From an uncultured Rikenellaceae bacterium (GTDB lineage: Bacteria > Bacteroidota > Bacteroidia > Bacteroidales > Rikenellaceae): a DNA stretch of 64,000 bases. The position numbers and the translations under genes were made by a program. The notes under the pieces were generated by a model, which worked only from the letters and a program-made list of their open reading frames with translations, ran no database searches and was not told the DNA's origin. Numbering within the stretch: position 1 is the stretch's first letter; every line of letters begins with the position of its first letter. Location of the stretch: assembly GCA_947038405.1 (NCBI GenBank), contig CAMQVY010000008.1, positions 9,247-73,246 on the forward strand, written 5' to 3'. Below are positions 19,212 to 29,351 of the stretch, one piece after another.

Positions 19212-19250
19212 AAAAAAGAGCACCAACCCATAGGCTAGTGCTCTTTTTTT
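19212..19250 (-). terminator. infB operon terminator
   Basis: Hairpin agagcac...gtgctct flanked by A- and T-runs, directly downstream of the infB stop at 19270. Confidence 0.7.
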
Positions 19251-19269
19251 AAATTATATGTATCTAATA

Positions 19270-22200
19270 TTATTTACGCTTAACTTCAACGATTTCGTAA
19301 CCTTCAACAATATCTCCAACCTTAATGTCATTAAAGTTATCAATATTAAGACCACACTCCATATTATTAATAACCTCTTTCACATCATCTTTGTATCTCT
19401 TCAATGAACCAAGTTTACCAGTATAAATTACGATACCATCTCTAATAATACGAATTGGTGTATTTCTTGAAATTTTTCCTTCACGAACAATACAACCTGC
19501 AATAGTACCAACTTTAGTAATTTTGAATACCTCAAGTACTTCAATTGAACAAACGATCTCCTCTTTTGTAACAGGAGCAAGCATACCTTCAATTGCATCT
19601 TTGATATCATTGATAGCGTTATATATAATTGAGTATAGACGAATTTCAATCTTCTCTTTGTCAGCTAATCTACGAGCACTAGCCGAAGGACGTACTTGGA
19701 AACCAACAATAATAGCATTTGATGCTGCAGCTAAAAGAACATCAGATTCCGATATCGGACCAACTGCTTTATGAATTACATTTACCTGTACTTCATCTTT
19801 AGACAACTTAATCAAAGAGTCAGTCATCGCCTCGATAGAGCCATCCACGTCACCTTTAATGATAATATTAAGCTCCTTAAAGTTTCCTATAGCGATACGA
19901 CGTCCAATCTCATCAAGAGTAACATGCTTCTGAGTTCTGATACCTTGCATACGTTGCAACTGCTCACGTTTGTTTGCAATCTCACGAGCACTCTTATCAT
20001 CATCCATCACATTGAATGTATCACCCGCTTGAGGTGCTCCATTAAGACCAAGTACAAGTACTGGAGTTGATGGTGGCGCAGAGGTTATTTTTTTACCATG
20101 CTCATTGAACATAGCCTTCACACGTCCTGTGTTTGTTCCCGAAAGTACAGTGTCACCAACATTTAAAGTTCCATTATTTACAAGAACAGTTGATACATAT
20201 CCTCTACCTTTATCCAACGTAGATTCAATAATAACTCCACTAGCTTTCTTATTCGGGTTTGCTTTAAGATCAAGGAACTCAGCCTCAAGAAGTACTTTTT
20301 CAAGTAACTTATCAAGATTCATACCCATCTTAGCCGATACCTCTTGCGATTGGTACTTACCACCCCAATCCTCAAGAAGATAATTCATAGCAGATAGTTG
20401 TTCACGAATACGTTCTGAATTAGCACCCGGTTTATCCATCTTATTAATTGCAAATACCATTGGAACACCAGCAGCAGCAGCATGATTTATCGCCTCAATA
20501 GTTTGTGGCATGACACTATCGTCAGCCGCAACAATTATAATTGCAACGTCAGTAACTTTAGCACCCCTTGCACGCATCGCAGTAAACGCCTCGTGACCCG
20601 GAGTATCTAGGAATGTGATCTTCTTTCCACCAAGTTCTACACTATACGCACCAATATGCTGCGTAATACCACCCGCTTCACCTTCAATTACATTAGCCTT
20701 TCTAATATTATCAAGAAGCGATGTCTTACCGTGGTCAACGTGACCCATTACAGTAACAATAGGTGGACGTGAAATTAAATCCTCCTCAGCATCAACTTCG
20801 TCAATAATTGACTCTTGAATATCAACAGAAACGAACTCAACTTTATAGTTAAACTCTTCAGCAACAACTACAAGAGCCTCTGCATCAAGTCGCTGATTTA
20901 TCGATACCATAAGACCAAGATTCATACACGCAGTAATAACTTCCGTTACCACTACATCCATCATAGCTGCCAATTCACTTACAGTAACAAACTCTGTAAC
21001 TTGTAGCGTTGATTTCTCTTGTTCATTTCTTTCAGATTGCTCTGAAGTACGAGCAGAAACAGCGTTTCTCTTATCTTTACGATATTTCGCACCTTTATTT
21101 TTTGCACCTTTTGATGTAAGACGAGCAAGAGTATCTTTAATTTGCTTCTGTACTGCCTCATCTGTTACAGCCGCCTTAACAACAGGCTTAGCTCCACCAA
21201 TTGGTTTATTCTTTTTGAAACCATCTTTATTAGGTCTATTCTGACCATTTGGTCCACCTTGAGGTCTTCCACCCTGACCCTGAGGTCTTGGTCTATTCCC
21301 AGCAGCACCAGTGTTACGTTGCTGATTCCCAGCAGCACCCGGAGTTGCAGGTTGTTTTGTTACATCAACCTTATCTTTTGTTATACGCTTACGCTTCTCT
21401 CTCTTGTGGTGATCTGTACTTGGCTTTTTAGTAAATACTTTGATATCTATCTTACCAAGTACCTTAGGGCCAGACAGCTTATTTGTCTCTGCGTTTGGTC
21501 TAAATATATTTTTGTCATCTCCAGCAGATCTCTCATCATAAGTTTGATTCTGTAAAACAGGATCACTTGTTGCAACTGGAGCTGCTACCTTAGGACTAAC
21601 AACTTTCTGCTCTGCCACCTCTTTAACCGCAGGTTTAACTTGAGCTACAGTCTTAACCTCTGGAGCTTTCGGAGTCTCTTTTACTTCTGTTTTTTTCTCT
21701 ATCACCTTTGTCTGAATATTTTCTTCTTTAGATGGAGTTATGCTTTTAGTAGCAGACTTCACCTCTTTATTATTCTCAGGTTTTGATTCTTTACGAGCTT
21801 TAGAACCATCTTTAAAGCTTTTTTTACTTTGAGGAAGCTCCATTTTACCTAAAATTTTAGGTGATTTAATAGCTCCAACCTCATCTTTAACGCTTATAAC
21901 TCCTGATTTTACACTAATTTCCTTATTAACCACATCTTCATTAGAAGGCAAAACTTTCTTATTGTCCAATGAAATGGTCTCTTGCTTTAGATTGATGCGT
22001 TCACGAATATTCACAGAACTACCTCTGTTGCCTCCATACTCTTTGTCGAGAATGGTATAGGCTTCATTTGGAATAATTGGGTTTGGAGTAGCCTCTTCTA
22101 GCTTGATTCCTTTTTCGCCCAAAAAATCCATAATCGTTGCCTGACCTACCTTAAACTCTCTTGCAACTTGATGGAGTCTAAGCCTTTTTTCATTTGACAT
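19270..22200 (-). CDS. infB: translation initiation factor IF-2
   Basis: 976-aa ORF. It has a G domain ([28 protein letters not shown]) and a long K/P/Q/G-rich N-terminal region. Confidence 0.97.
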   Translation of the reverse strand: MSNEKRLRLHQVAREFKVGQATIMDFLGEKGIKLEEATPNPIIPNEAYTILDKEYGGNRGSSVNIRERINLKQETISLDNKKVLPSNEDVVNKEISVKSGVISVKDEVGAIKSPKILGKMELPQSKKSFKDGSKARKESKPENNKEVKSATKSITPSKEENIQTKVIEKKTEVKETPKAPEVKTVAQVKPAVKEVAEQKVVSPKVAAPVATSDPVLQNQTYDERSAGDDKNIFRPNAETNKLSGPKVLGKIDIKVFTKKPSTDHHKREKRKRITKDKVDVTKQPATPGAAGNQQRNTGAAGNRPRPQGQGGRPQGGPNGQNRPNKDGFKKNKPIGGAKPVVKAAVTDEAVQKQIKDTLARLTSKGAKNKGAKYRKDKRNAVSARTSEQSERNEQEKSTLQVTEFVTVSELAAMMDVVVTEVITACMNLGLMVSINQRLDAEALVVVAEEFNYKVEFVSVDIQESIIDEVDAEEDLISRPPIVTVMGHVDHGKTSLLDNIRKANVIEGEAGGITQHIGAYSVELGGKKITFLDTPGHEAFTAMRARGAKVTDVAIIIVAADDSVMPQTIEAINHAAAAGVPMVFAINKMDKPGANSERIREQLSAMNYLLEDWGGKYQSQEVSAKMGMNLDKLLEKVLLEAEFLDLKANPNKKASGVIIESTLDKGRGYVSTVLVNNGTLNVGDTVLSGTNTGRVKAMFNEHGKKITSAPPSTPVLVLGLNGAPQAGDTFNVMDDDKSAREIANKREQLQRMQGIRTQKHVTLDEIGRRIAIGNFKELNIIIKGDVDGSIEAMTDSLIKLSKDEVQVNVIHKAVGPISESDVLLAAASNAIIVGFQVRPSASARRLADKEKIEIRLYSIIYNAINDIKDAIEGMLAPVTKEEIVCSIEVLEVFKITKVGTIAGCIVREGKISRNTPIRIIRDGIVIYTGKLGSLKRYKDDVKEVINNMECGLNIDNFNDIKVGDIVEGYEIVEVKRK

Positions 22201-22287
22201 ATATTACTAGTTTTCAATTTTACATCATGGTTAATTATTACGATTTTTATACATGTTCGTCATGTTCTCATAGACGTTAAGAGAATC

Positions 22288-23517
22288 TTATTCAAATTCT
22301 GATTTTAAGATACCCAAAATCTCTTTGATAGTTTCATCTTCAAGATCTGTACGTTTAGCAAGTTCAGCCGCAGGAGTTTCAATTACACTCTTAGCTGTAT
22401 CGCAACCGATAGCTTTTAGTGCATCAATGATCCAAGGATCTATCTCATCTGAGAACTCATCTAATACTACATCCTCATCCTCAGCCTCACGATACACGTC
22501 AATATCATAACCTGTAAGCATACTTGCTAACCTGATATTCAAACCACTTTTACCAATAGCCAATGATACTTCGCTAGGTTTTAAGTTAACTGCAGCAGTT
22601 TTTCTATCTTCATCAATAGTAATTGACGATATTTTAGCTGGATTAAGTGCGCGCTGCACAAAAAGCTGCGCATTACTTGTCCAGTTAACAACATCAATAT
22701 TTTCGTTTTTAAGCTCCTTTACGATTGAGTAAATACGAGAACCCTTCAGACCAACACATGCTCCAACTGGATCAATTCTCTCGTCATACGACTCAACTGC
22801 AATTTTAGCTCTTTCTCCTGGAATCCTAACGATTTTTTTGATAATGATTAGACCATCAAAAATCTCAGGTACTTCCAATTCAAATAATCTCTCAAGGAAT
22901 TCAGGAGCTGTTCTTGAAAGAATAATTACTGGTTTATTGTTTCTCATCTCTACTTTAGAGACAATAGCACGAATACTATCACCTTTTCTGTAGAAGTCAC
23001 TTGGAATCTGCTCGCTCTTAGGAAGAATAAGTTCATTCTCCTCATCATCAAGAACTAAAACCTCTTTTTTCCAAACCTGATAAACTTCACCTGTAACTAC
23101 CTCACCAACTCGCGCACTATATTTTTCAAATAAAACAGCCTTTTCTAAATCAAGGATTCTTGCCGCAAGATTCTGTCTTATAGACAATACCGATCTACGA
23201 CCAAAATCTTTCAATTTAATCTCATCTGCAACCTCTTCACCTACTTCATAAGTTTCATCAATAAGTTTAGCATCGGTTAAAGCGATCTGTTGATTTGGGT
23301 TTTCGACTTCGTCATCGTTAACGATTATACGATTTCTCCAAATTTCAAGATCTCCCTTCTCAGGATTAATGATAACATCGAAATTCTCGTCTGTTTCATA
23401 AGTTTTGATAAGCATATGACGAAAAACATCCTCTAAAACACCAATCATGGTACTTTTGTCGATATTCGTAAGCTCTTTAAACTCTGCGAAATTGCTTATT
23501 AAATTGAGATTATTCAT
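22288..23517 (-). CDS. nusA: transcription termination/antitermination factor NusA
   Basis: 409-aa ORF with S1 and KH domains (GACVGLKGSRI). It sits between rimP and infB. Confidence 0.95.
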   Translation of the reverse strand: MNNLNLISNFAEFKELTNIDKSTMIGVLEDVFRHMLIKTYETDENFDVIINPEKGDLEIWRNRIIVNDDEVENPNQQIALTDAKLIDETYEVGEEVADEIKLKDFGRRSVLSIRQNLAARILDLEKAVLFEKYSARVGEVVTGEVYQVWKKEVLVLDDEENELILPKSEQIPSDFYRKGDSIRAIVSKVEMRNNKPVIILSRTAPEFLERLFELEVPEIFDGLIIIKKIVRIPGERAKIAVESYDERIDPVGACVGLKGSRIYSIVKELKNENIDVVNWTSNAQLFVQRALNPAKISSITIDEDRKTAAVNLKPSEVSLAIGKSGLNIRLASMLTGYDIDVYREAEDEDVVLDEFSDEIDPWIIDALKAIGCDTAKSVIETPAAELAKRTDLEDETIKEILGILKSEFE

Positions 23518-23543
23518 AGTGATACACTCTGATATATTTATTA

Positions 23544-24011
23544 TTATTTAAAATCTAAGTATTCGATGGTTGATTTGATATCCTCTAGCTTATACTCGAC
23601 CTCTCTTTCAACCTCTTGTTTACGTTTTTTACCCTCTACGGCAACCTTTTCTGTATAGACAACAGTTAGACAATCTTCGGTAGCATCTTTTAACAGCGCA
23701 ACCATTTTGATTCCTGATTTGAGAACAATTTCGATCTCTTTACCAATAAGTTTTTTATACTGTCTAAAAACCTTTAATGGCTGACCTATACCCGAAGAGG
23801 CTACAGTCAACTCAAAATCTTCAAGCTCTCTATCAAACTCAGCCTCAACTTTGCGACTCAAGTCTATACATTTATCAATTGACACAACAGTGTCGCTATC
23901 AATAAGTATCTCTACTTCATTTGAAAAGCTACATTTCACATCAACTACAAATAATTCGCTGTCAACTAAGTTGCTTTCAGCGATGGTTCTAAATTTTTGA
24001 ATATCAATCAT
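23544..24011 (-). CDS. rimP: ribosome maturation factor RimP
   Basis: 155-aa ORF in the conserved position upstream of nusA. It has an RimP-like ELTVASSGIGQPLK motif. Confidence 0.85.
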   Translation of the reverse strand: MIDIQKFRTIAESNLVDSELFVVDVKCSFSNEVEILIDSDTVVSIDKCIDLSRKVEAEFDRELEDFELTVASSGIGQPLKVFRQYKKLIGKEIEIVLKSGIKMVALLKDATEDCLTVVYTEKVAVEGKKRKQEVEREVEYKLEDIKSTIEYLDFK

Positions 24012-24019
24012 TACCTATT

Positions 24020-24050
24020 AATTATTAAAATAGGGGACTAAAAGTCCCCT
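24020..24050 (-). terminator. lpxA operon terminator
   Basis: On the - strand: aggggac tttta gtcccct followed by attttaataat. Confidence 0.6.
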
Positions 24051-24070
24051 ACCTCACATATTACACGCTA

Positions 24071-24078
24071 CAAATATA
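24071..24078 (-). promoter_or_regulatory. candidate -7 box (TATATTTG on - strand) for rimP-nusA-infB
   Basis: CAAATATA on the + strand, 60 nt upstream of the rimP ATG. Confidence 0.45.
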
Positions 24079-24164
24079 CTCTTTTTTATTGGAATAACAA
24101 AAAAAAGGAAAAAATGCTATATAAACTCAAGTAATAAAACATAAGTTTATATATACATAATTAA

Positions 24165-24971
24165 TTATAACTCACTATCTTCATCTTTTTTTGTTACGTT
24201 GTATGGCTTTAAAATACCGCGCTTAGATTTACGAATAAACTCAATAACCATATCTCTCTCTACGCTTTGAGGAATCTCAGCTTCAACCATATCGCAAGCT
24301 TTGTTATAAGCGTATCCACTCTGGAATAGGATTCTGAACATATCTTGAATATGTACGAGCTGTTCTGAACTAAATTTCCTACGACGTAGTCCGATAAAGT
24401 TAGCTCCAACGAAAGAGAATGGCTGATGTGCAGCTTTAACGAATGGTGGTACATCTTTATTGACAAGAGAACCTCCACTAATCATTGCGTGAGCACCAAT
24501 ACGAGTAAATTGATGAACCGCTGCATGACCTCCAATAATAGCCCAATCATCAACCTCAACCTCTCCTGCTAAGGATACTCTATTTACGATTACACAGCAA
24601 TTACCAACAATGCAATCATGTCCAATATGCACATATGCCATTATAAGGTTATTATCTCCAATTACGGTCTTACCTTTAGCAACTGTTCCTCTATTTATTG
24701 TAACACATTCGCGTATCGTATTGTTTTCACCAATCTCAACGGTAGTATACTCTCCTTTAAACTTCAAATCCTGTGGGATTCCAGCAATAACAGCTGAGGA
24801 GTGTATTTTACAATTTTTGCCTATTCTTGCGCCATCATATATGACTGCATTTGGACCAATCCAACAATCATCTCCTATCGTTACGTCACCTGCAATATAT
24901 GCAAATGGCTCAATCGTTACATTTTCGCCTAACTTTGCATCAGGGTGAATATAAGCAAGTTTACTAATCAT
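24165..24971 (-). CDS. lpxA: acyl-ACP--UDP-N-acetylglucosamine O-acyltransferase
   Basis: 268-aa ORF with left-handed beta-helix hexapeptide repeats throughout. It lies downstream of lpxC/fabZ. Confidence 0.92.
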   Translation of the reverse strand: MISKLAYIHPDAKLGENVTIEPFAYIAGDVTIGDDCWIGPNAVIYDGARIGKNCKIHSSAVIAGIPQDLKFKGEYTTVEIGENNTIRECVTINRGTVAKGKTVIGDNNLIMAYVHIGHDCIVGNCCVIVNRVSLAGEVEVDDWAIIGGHAAVHQFTRIGAHAMISGGSLVNKDVPPFVKAAHQPFSFVGANFIGLRRRKFSSEQLVHIQDMFRILFQSGYAYNKACDMVEAEIPQSVERDMVIEFIRKSKRGILKPYNVTKKDEDSEL

Positions 24972-25006
24972 ATCTTTTTATATTCTATTTGAATATCTCC
25001 TTAATG

Positions 25007-26395
25007 TTATCGTTTCTTTGCTATTTGCGCCATCAAAACTGCCTCTGTTGCAAGCTTGTCTCCAACAAATGCTTTTGCATCCATAAGAACAATACCTCTT
25101 CTAATAGGCTCTTTCAATTTCAACTCAAATTGTAGTGTATCTCCAGGGACAACTTTATTTTTAAACTTGACTGCATCAATTTTCATAAAATAAGTAGCGT
25201 AATTTTCTGGATCTGGAATTGATTGCAACGCCAAGATTCCTCCACACTGTGCCATCGCCTCAACAATAAGTACACCTGGCATTACAGGTTCATTAGGAAA
25301 ATGTCCAACGAAAAATGGTTCATTCATCGTCACATTCTTAATTCCAGCAACACTTTCTGTATCAATATGAATTATTTTGTCAACCAATAAAAATGGTGGA
25401 CGGTGTGGCAATAGCGATTTTATTTTATTGATGTCAAATACTGGAGCTTCATTTACGTTATATCTGTATGTTGGTTTAACACCATCCTTACGCATTTGTT
25501 TTTTTAGAAGTTTTGCAACCTCTGTATTTGCGAAGTGACCTGGACGAGTTGCCATTACACGTCCTTTAATTCTAAATCCAAGAAGAGCTAAATCTCCTGT
25601 TAAATCTAGCAATTTATGTCTCGCAGCTTCATTTGAGAATCTAAGTTCAAGATTATTTAGGTAACCTCCTGTAACTTTAATATCTTTTTTATTGAAAATT
25701 TGAGATATGCGAGTTACCTCATCTGCTGTAATTTTATCTTCAACAATAACAATCGCATTATCTAAATCACCACCTTTTATTAAGTTTAGATCCAACAAAG
25801 GTTCTAATTCGTGTAGAAAAACAAAGGTTCTACATGGCGCTAATTGTGAGTTAAAATCATCTGAAGCATTTAACGTAGCATATTGATTTCCTAAAACTTT
25901 AGAATTATAGTCTATATGCGTTGTTACAGTAAATTCGTTATCTGGATATAAGCTAATATCGACACCTTTATCTTCAATTTTATAGCTTATTTTATCGGTT
26001 ATCTGATAATAGTTTATCTTAGCATCTTGCTCTAACAAACCACCATTAATAATCATTTGACTATACTCTCTTGCTGAACCATCCATAATAGGAGTTTCAG
26101 GAGCATCTATCTCGACAATACAGTTATCAACACCATTACACCACAAAGCGGCCATAATATGTTCAATTGTCGACACTCTAGCATCGCCTTTCTCTATTGT
26201 TGTACCACGAGATGTGTCGGTTACAAAGTCGCATATAGCAGGAACAGTTGGTTCGCCTTCCATATCAACTCTTTTGAATATAATTCCACTATTTATATCT
26301 GCTGGACAGATAGTCATAGTTACATTCAAACCTGTATGTAGACCCTTACCTTTGAAGGTAATAGGAGCATTTATTGTTTTCTGATTACAAGACAT
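25007..26395 (-). CDS. lpxC/fabZ: bifunctional UDP-3-O-acyl-GlcNAc deacetylase / 3-hydroxyacyl-ACP dehydratase
   Basis: 462-aa ORF. The N-terminal LpxC part (GKGLHTG, TIEHIMAAL) is fused to a C-terminal FabZ hotdog (LPHRPPFLLVD, GHFP..PVMPGVL). This fusion is typical of Bacteroidetes. Confidence 0.95.
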   Translation of the reverse strand: MSCNQKTINAPITFKGKGLHTGLNVTMTICPADINSGIIFKRVDMEGEPTVPAICDFVTDTSRGTTIEKGDARVSTIEHIMAALWCNGVDNCIVEIDAPETPIMDGSAREYSQMIINGGLLEQDAKINYYQITDKISYKIEDKGVDISLYPDNEFTVTTHIDYNSKVLGNQYATLNASDDFNSQLAPCRTFVFLHELEPLLDLNLIKGGDLDNAIVIVEDKITADEVTRISQIFNKKDIKVTGGYLNNLELRFSNEAARHKLLDLTGDLALLGFRIKGRVMATRPGHFANTEVAKLLKKQMRKDGVKPTYRYNVNEAPVFDINKIKSLLPHRPPFLLVDKIIHIDTESVAGIKNVTMNEPFFVGHFPNEPVMPGVLIVEAMAQCGGILALQSIPDPENYATYFMKIDAVKFKNKVVPGDTLQFELKLKEPIRRGIVLMDAKAFVGDKLATEAVLMAQIAKKR

Positions 26396-26423
26396 AATGT
26401 ATATATTATAAAATATTTGCGAA

Positions 26424-26431
26424 CAAAGATA
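26424..26431 (-). promoter_or_regulatory. candidate -7 box (TATCTTTG on - strand) for lpxC/fabZ-lpxA
   Basis: CAAAGATA on the + strand, 29 nt upstream of the ATG at 26395. Confidence 0.5.
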
Positions 26432-26453
26432 TTAAATTTTTAAAAGAAAGTAG

Positions 26454-26461
26454 TACTTTTG
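26454..26461 (+). promoter_or_regulatory. candidate -7 box TACTTTTG for the 26483 gene
   Basis: Matches TAnnTTTG, 22 nt upstream of the ATG at 26483. This argues against the TTG start at 26459. Confidence 0.5.
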
Positions 26462-26482
26462 TTCAACTTTGTATTTAAATTT

Positions 26483-27283
26483 ATGACAAATAAGAAGATA
26501 ACAACGAATTCTAGGAATCAGAAAATAAGACTTCCATTTGAGAAAAGACCTACAGATATAGGTTCGTGGAGCTATGACCATAGGTTTGGTCTATGTATAA
26601 CGGTAATAATTGTTCTGGTAGTTGGGATAATATTTATGTCAGCGAAGATACGTGTCAAATCAGCTCAGGTTGTAGGTTTTATTTTGAATGTAACAGAGAC
26701 ACCTGTAATTATAGATGAACCTGAAGTTAAAAAGGTAGTAAAAAAGAAGATGTCTAGTGAAGATTTTGCAGATGTAAAAAATGCGTTATCTAGTGAGCAG
26801 GCAGAAATAGAGGATGAACAAACAGAACAATCTAACTCTGAATTTGCTGAGAACATTAAAAATGAGGCTAAGAGTGTCGCAAAAGGGACAAATTCAAATA
26901 GAGCACGATATGAGCAAGGGCTTCGAGAAGAACAGGCTATTATTGACTCGATGAGAAACGGTGCTAAGAAAAAAGATAGAGTCGATGTAAAAGTTAAAGG
27001 TAACGTTACTGTTTCATTCTCATTCGTAAATCCAACAAGAAAATCGGTCGAGCACGATGTCCCAGCCTATATGTGTGAAGGTGGTGGAAGGGTTGTCATT
27101 AATGTTACGGTAGACAACAACGGAGATGTTACAGCTGCTTCAGCAGACAAAAATCGCTCAACCACAGATGAATGTATAGTATCTACGGCACTAAATGCTG
27201 CTAAAAATTTCAAATTTAATGTAAACTCTTCTGCACCTCAAAAGCATCAAGGTACAATTAGTTACATATTTATTCCACAATAG
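26483..27283 (+). CDS. membrane-anchored protein with TonB-C-terminal-like domain
   Basis: It has a single N-terminal TM (FGLCITVIIVLVVGIIFM), an E/K-rich linker and a C-terminus GRVVINVTVDNNGDVTAASADKN...IVSTALNAAKNFKFN...GTISYIF that resembles the TonB_C fold pattern. Confidence 0.5.
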   Translation: MTNKKITTNSRNQKIRLPFEKRPTDIGSWSYDHRFGLCITVIIVLVVGIIFMSAKIRVKSAQVVGFILNVTETPVIIDEPEVKKVVKKKMSSEDFADVKNALSSEQAEIEDEQTEQSNSEFAENIKNEAKSVAKGTNSNRARYEQGLREEQAIIDSMRNGAKKKDRVDVKVKGNVTVSFSFVNPTRKSVEHDVPAYMCEGGGRVVINVTVDNNGDVTAASADKNRSTTDECIVSTALNAAKNFKFNVNSSAPQKHQGTISYIFIPQ

Positions 27284-27474
27284 CATTGAAAAATGAAATA
27301 TATTTTTAAGGAATCTTGAACTGAAAAAAAAGTTAATTTTAAGTGTTATTTTTTACTTATTTTGTCATTTGATTTTATTTTTTTTGCTTATACTTGCACT
27401 AAATATCTCAACACTTAAATTGAGATTAAAGATTACCTAAACTAGATATTTTATTAATTATTTTTTATAAGACT

Positions 27475-27783
27475 ATGGCAAAAGAGATAAAATCTAAGAA
27501 ACGCTTGGTTGTTAGTGCTCAAAATCTACCCGAAGAGTTACAAGCAGAACTTAAGATTAAGTACCCTGATGGGTTTAATGAACATATGATCCGTATTGAA
27601 AAGGGATTTAATGACTTTTTCTATGCTGTTACACTTGAAACAGATGAGATCAGTTACCTTGTTAAGCTTAATGTTAAGATAGATGCTCAAGTTGAAGATG
27701 ACGACAAAGACTACTATGAAGATGACGAAATTGAGGGTGCAGATGAAATTATTGACATCCCAGATGATATGGATAACGAATAG
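27475..27783 (+). CDS. small hypothetical protein with highly acidic tail
   Basis: 102-aa ORF with ATG start and its own terminator. The C-terminal third is D/E-rich (EDDDKDYYEDDEIEGADEIIDIPDDMDNE). I recognise no family. Confidence 0.55.
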   Translation: MAKEIKSKKRLVVSAQNLPEELQAELKIKYPDGFNEHMIRIEKGFNDFFYAVTLETDEISYLVKLNVKIDAQVEDDDKDYYEDDEIEGADEIIDIPDDMDNE

Positions 27784-27812
27784 TTTGAAAATATCAGAAA
27801 ACTCAAAGTTCC

Positions 27813-27864
27813 CCAAAAAAATAGACACAAATAACTTAAAAAAGTTATTTATGTCTATTTTTTA
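27813..27864 (+). terminator. terminator of the small acidic ORF (19-bp stem)
   Basis: aaatagacacaaataactt (27819-27837) pairs with aagttatttatgtctattt (27842-27860) with one mismatch. The loop is aaaa, followed by a T-run. Confidence 0.8.
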
Positions 27865-27957
27865 GTTTATCGACAAAGGCAGTTTGTTAACTAGTTTTGT
27901 TTGTGTGACGCAGGGAACTGCCCTACGCGGGCTGCGGTGCGTGATCGCACTCAACAA
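27864..27957 (+). repeat. intergenic repeat family 1, extended 94-nt unit, tandem copy 1
   Basis: agtttatcgacaaaggcagtttgttaactagttttgtttgtgtgacgcagggaactgccctacgcgggctgcggtgcgtgatcgcactcaacaa. It is 89/94 identical to 28007-28100 by hand alignment. Confidence 0.9.
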
Positions 27958-28006
27958 AAAGTCCTAGAAAACAAAGTTTTCACGAAAGTTTGATGAAACT
28001 TTTTAA

Positions 28007-28100
28007 AGTTTATCACCAAAGGCAGTTTGTTGACTAGTTTTGTTTGTGTGACGCAGGAAACTGCCCTACGCGGGCTGCGGTACGTGATCGCACTCAACAA
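28007..28100 (+). repeat. intergenic repeat family 1, extended 94-nt unit, tandem copy 2
   Basis: Same unit with 5 substitutions and no indels. It ends on the base before the mnmA stop codon (28101-28103). Confidence 0.9.
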
Positions 28101-29282
28101 CTATTTATTTATAACTCCTGAGCCTATCAATTCATCAACATCATACCACGCAGCAAATTGACCTGCGGATATACCTCTTTGAGGCTGGTCAAATAGTATA
28201 TATGCGCCACTCTCTTCGATATTAAGAGTTGCTTTCTGCAACGGTTGACGGTATCGTATTCGCACATCAAACTCCTTTGACTCTCCCAGCCCTAATGCTA
28301 AGTCCTCTCGAATCCAATGAATTTCCTCTGGAAGTATTTGTATAGCCCTTCTCTGTAATCCAGGGTGATTGTCTCCCATTCCTACATATATTATATTACT
28401 ATCGACATCCGTACTTATAACAAACAGTGGTTCTGGCTTTCCACCCACATTCAACCCCTTACGCTGTCCAATAGTATAGAAATGAGCACCATTATGTTCT
28501 CCGACCACTTTACCATCTTCAGCACAGTATGTATATGGCATTGAAAGCAGCTCTAAATCGTCTGAAACATCACTACTATACCCACTCCAACTTGCAGGAA
28601 TCTCAACAATAACACCTTTTTTTGTCTTTAGTTTTTGCTGTAAAAACACAGGAAGATCAACTTTCCCAACAAAACATATACCTTGAGAATCTTTGCGTTT
28701 TGCTGTTGCAAGTTTATTCTCTTCAGCAATTCGCCTCACTTCTGGTTTTATTATATCACCTATTGGAAACATCGCTTTAGAGAGTTGTTCTTGAGAAAGT
28801 TGACAAAGAAAATAACTTTGATCTTTATTATTATCGGCACCAGCAATAAGCTTAAACACCTCTTTTCCATCAACCATTTCACTATCCACACGACAATAAT
28901 GTCCCGTTGCAACATAATCAGCTCCAAGTTTTAGAGCTTCTTTAAGAAACACATCAAATTTAATCTCACGATTACATAGTACATCTGGATTCGGCGTTCT
29001 CCCCTTTTCGTACTCACTGAACATATAGTCTACAACTTTAGCCCTATACTCTACACTCAAATCAATACAATGAAATGGAATATCTAATCTCTTTGCAACT
29101 AGCTCTGCAAACATCTGATCGTCGTACCAAGTACACTCTCCTGCGAGTGTTCCCGTTGTATCGTGCCAATTCCTCATAAATAGAGCAATCACTTCATACC
29201 CTTGTTCTTTCAGTAGATATGCTGCAACTGAGGAATCTACCCCACCAGACATACCTATAACAACACACTTTTTATTACTCAT
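28101..29282 (-). CDS. mnmA: tRNA 2-thiouridine(34) synthase
   Basis: [26 protein letters not shown]-loop and conserved catalytic Cys regions. The ATG at 29282 is preferred because the ORF-track start 29303 is TTG and overlaps a -7 box CAAAGATA (29301-29308). Confidence 0.93.
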   Translation of the reverse strand: MSNKKCVVIGMSGGVDSSVAAYLLKEQGYEVIALFMRNWHDTTGTLAGECTWYDDQMFAELVAKRLDIPFHCIDLSVEYRAKVVDYMFSEYEKGRTPNPDVLCNREIKFDVFLKEALKLGADYVATGHYCRVDSEMVDGKEVFKLIAGADNNKDQSYFLCQLSQEQLSKAMFPIGDIIKPEVRRIAEENKLATAKRKDSQGICFVGKVDLPVFLQQKLKTKKGVIVEIPASWSGYSSDVSDDLELLSMPYTYCAEDGKVVGEHNGAHFYTIGQRKGLNVGGKPEPLFVISTDVDSNIIYVGMGDNHPGLQRRAIQILPEEIHWIREDLALGLGESKEFDVRIRYRQPLQKATLNIEESGAYILFDQPQRGISAGQFAAWYDVDELIGSGVINK

Positions 29283-29351
29283 AATATTTTGAAATTTTGA
29301 CAAAGATACTTTTTTTTCACAAAGAGGAAAACAATGTTTTACTCTTTAATT

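Noticed and set aside
21240-21370. Short direct repeats in infB DNA encoding [10 protein letters not shown] / [10 protein letters not shown] and the G/P/Q-rich tract.
   Set aside because: This lies in the variable low-complexity N-terminal region common to IF-2 proteins. The reading frame is intact, so it is not a separate feature.
27864-28100. Possible CRISPR array or CRISPR remnant.
   Set aside because: There are only two copies and the unit is 94 nt, far longer than CRISPR repeats. The spacer is 49 nt and is related to other palindromes. No cas genes or leader are present, and copies of the core are dispersed singly.
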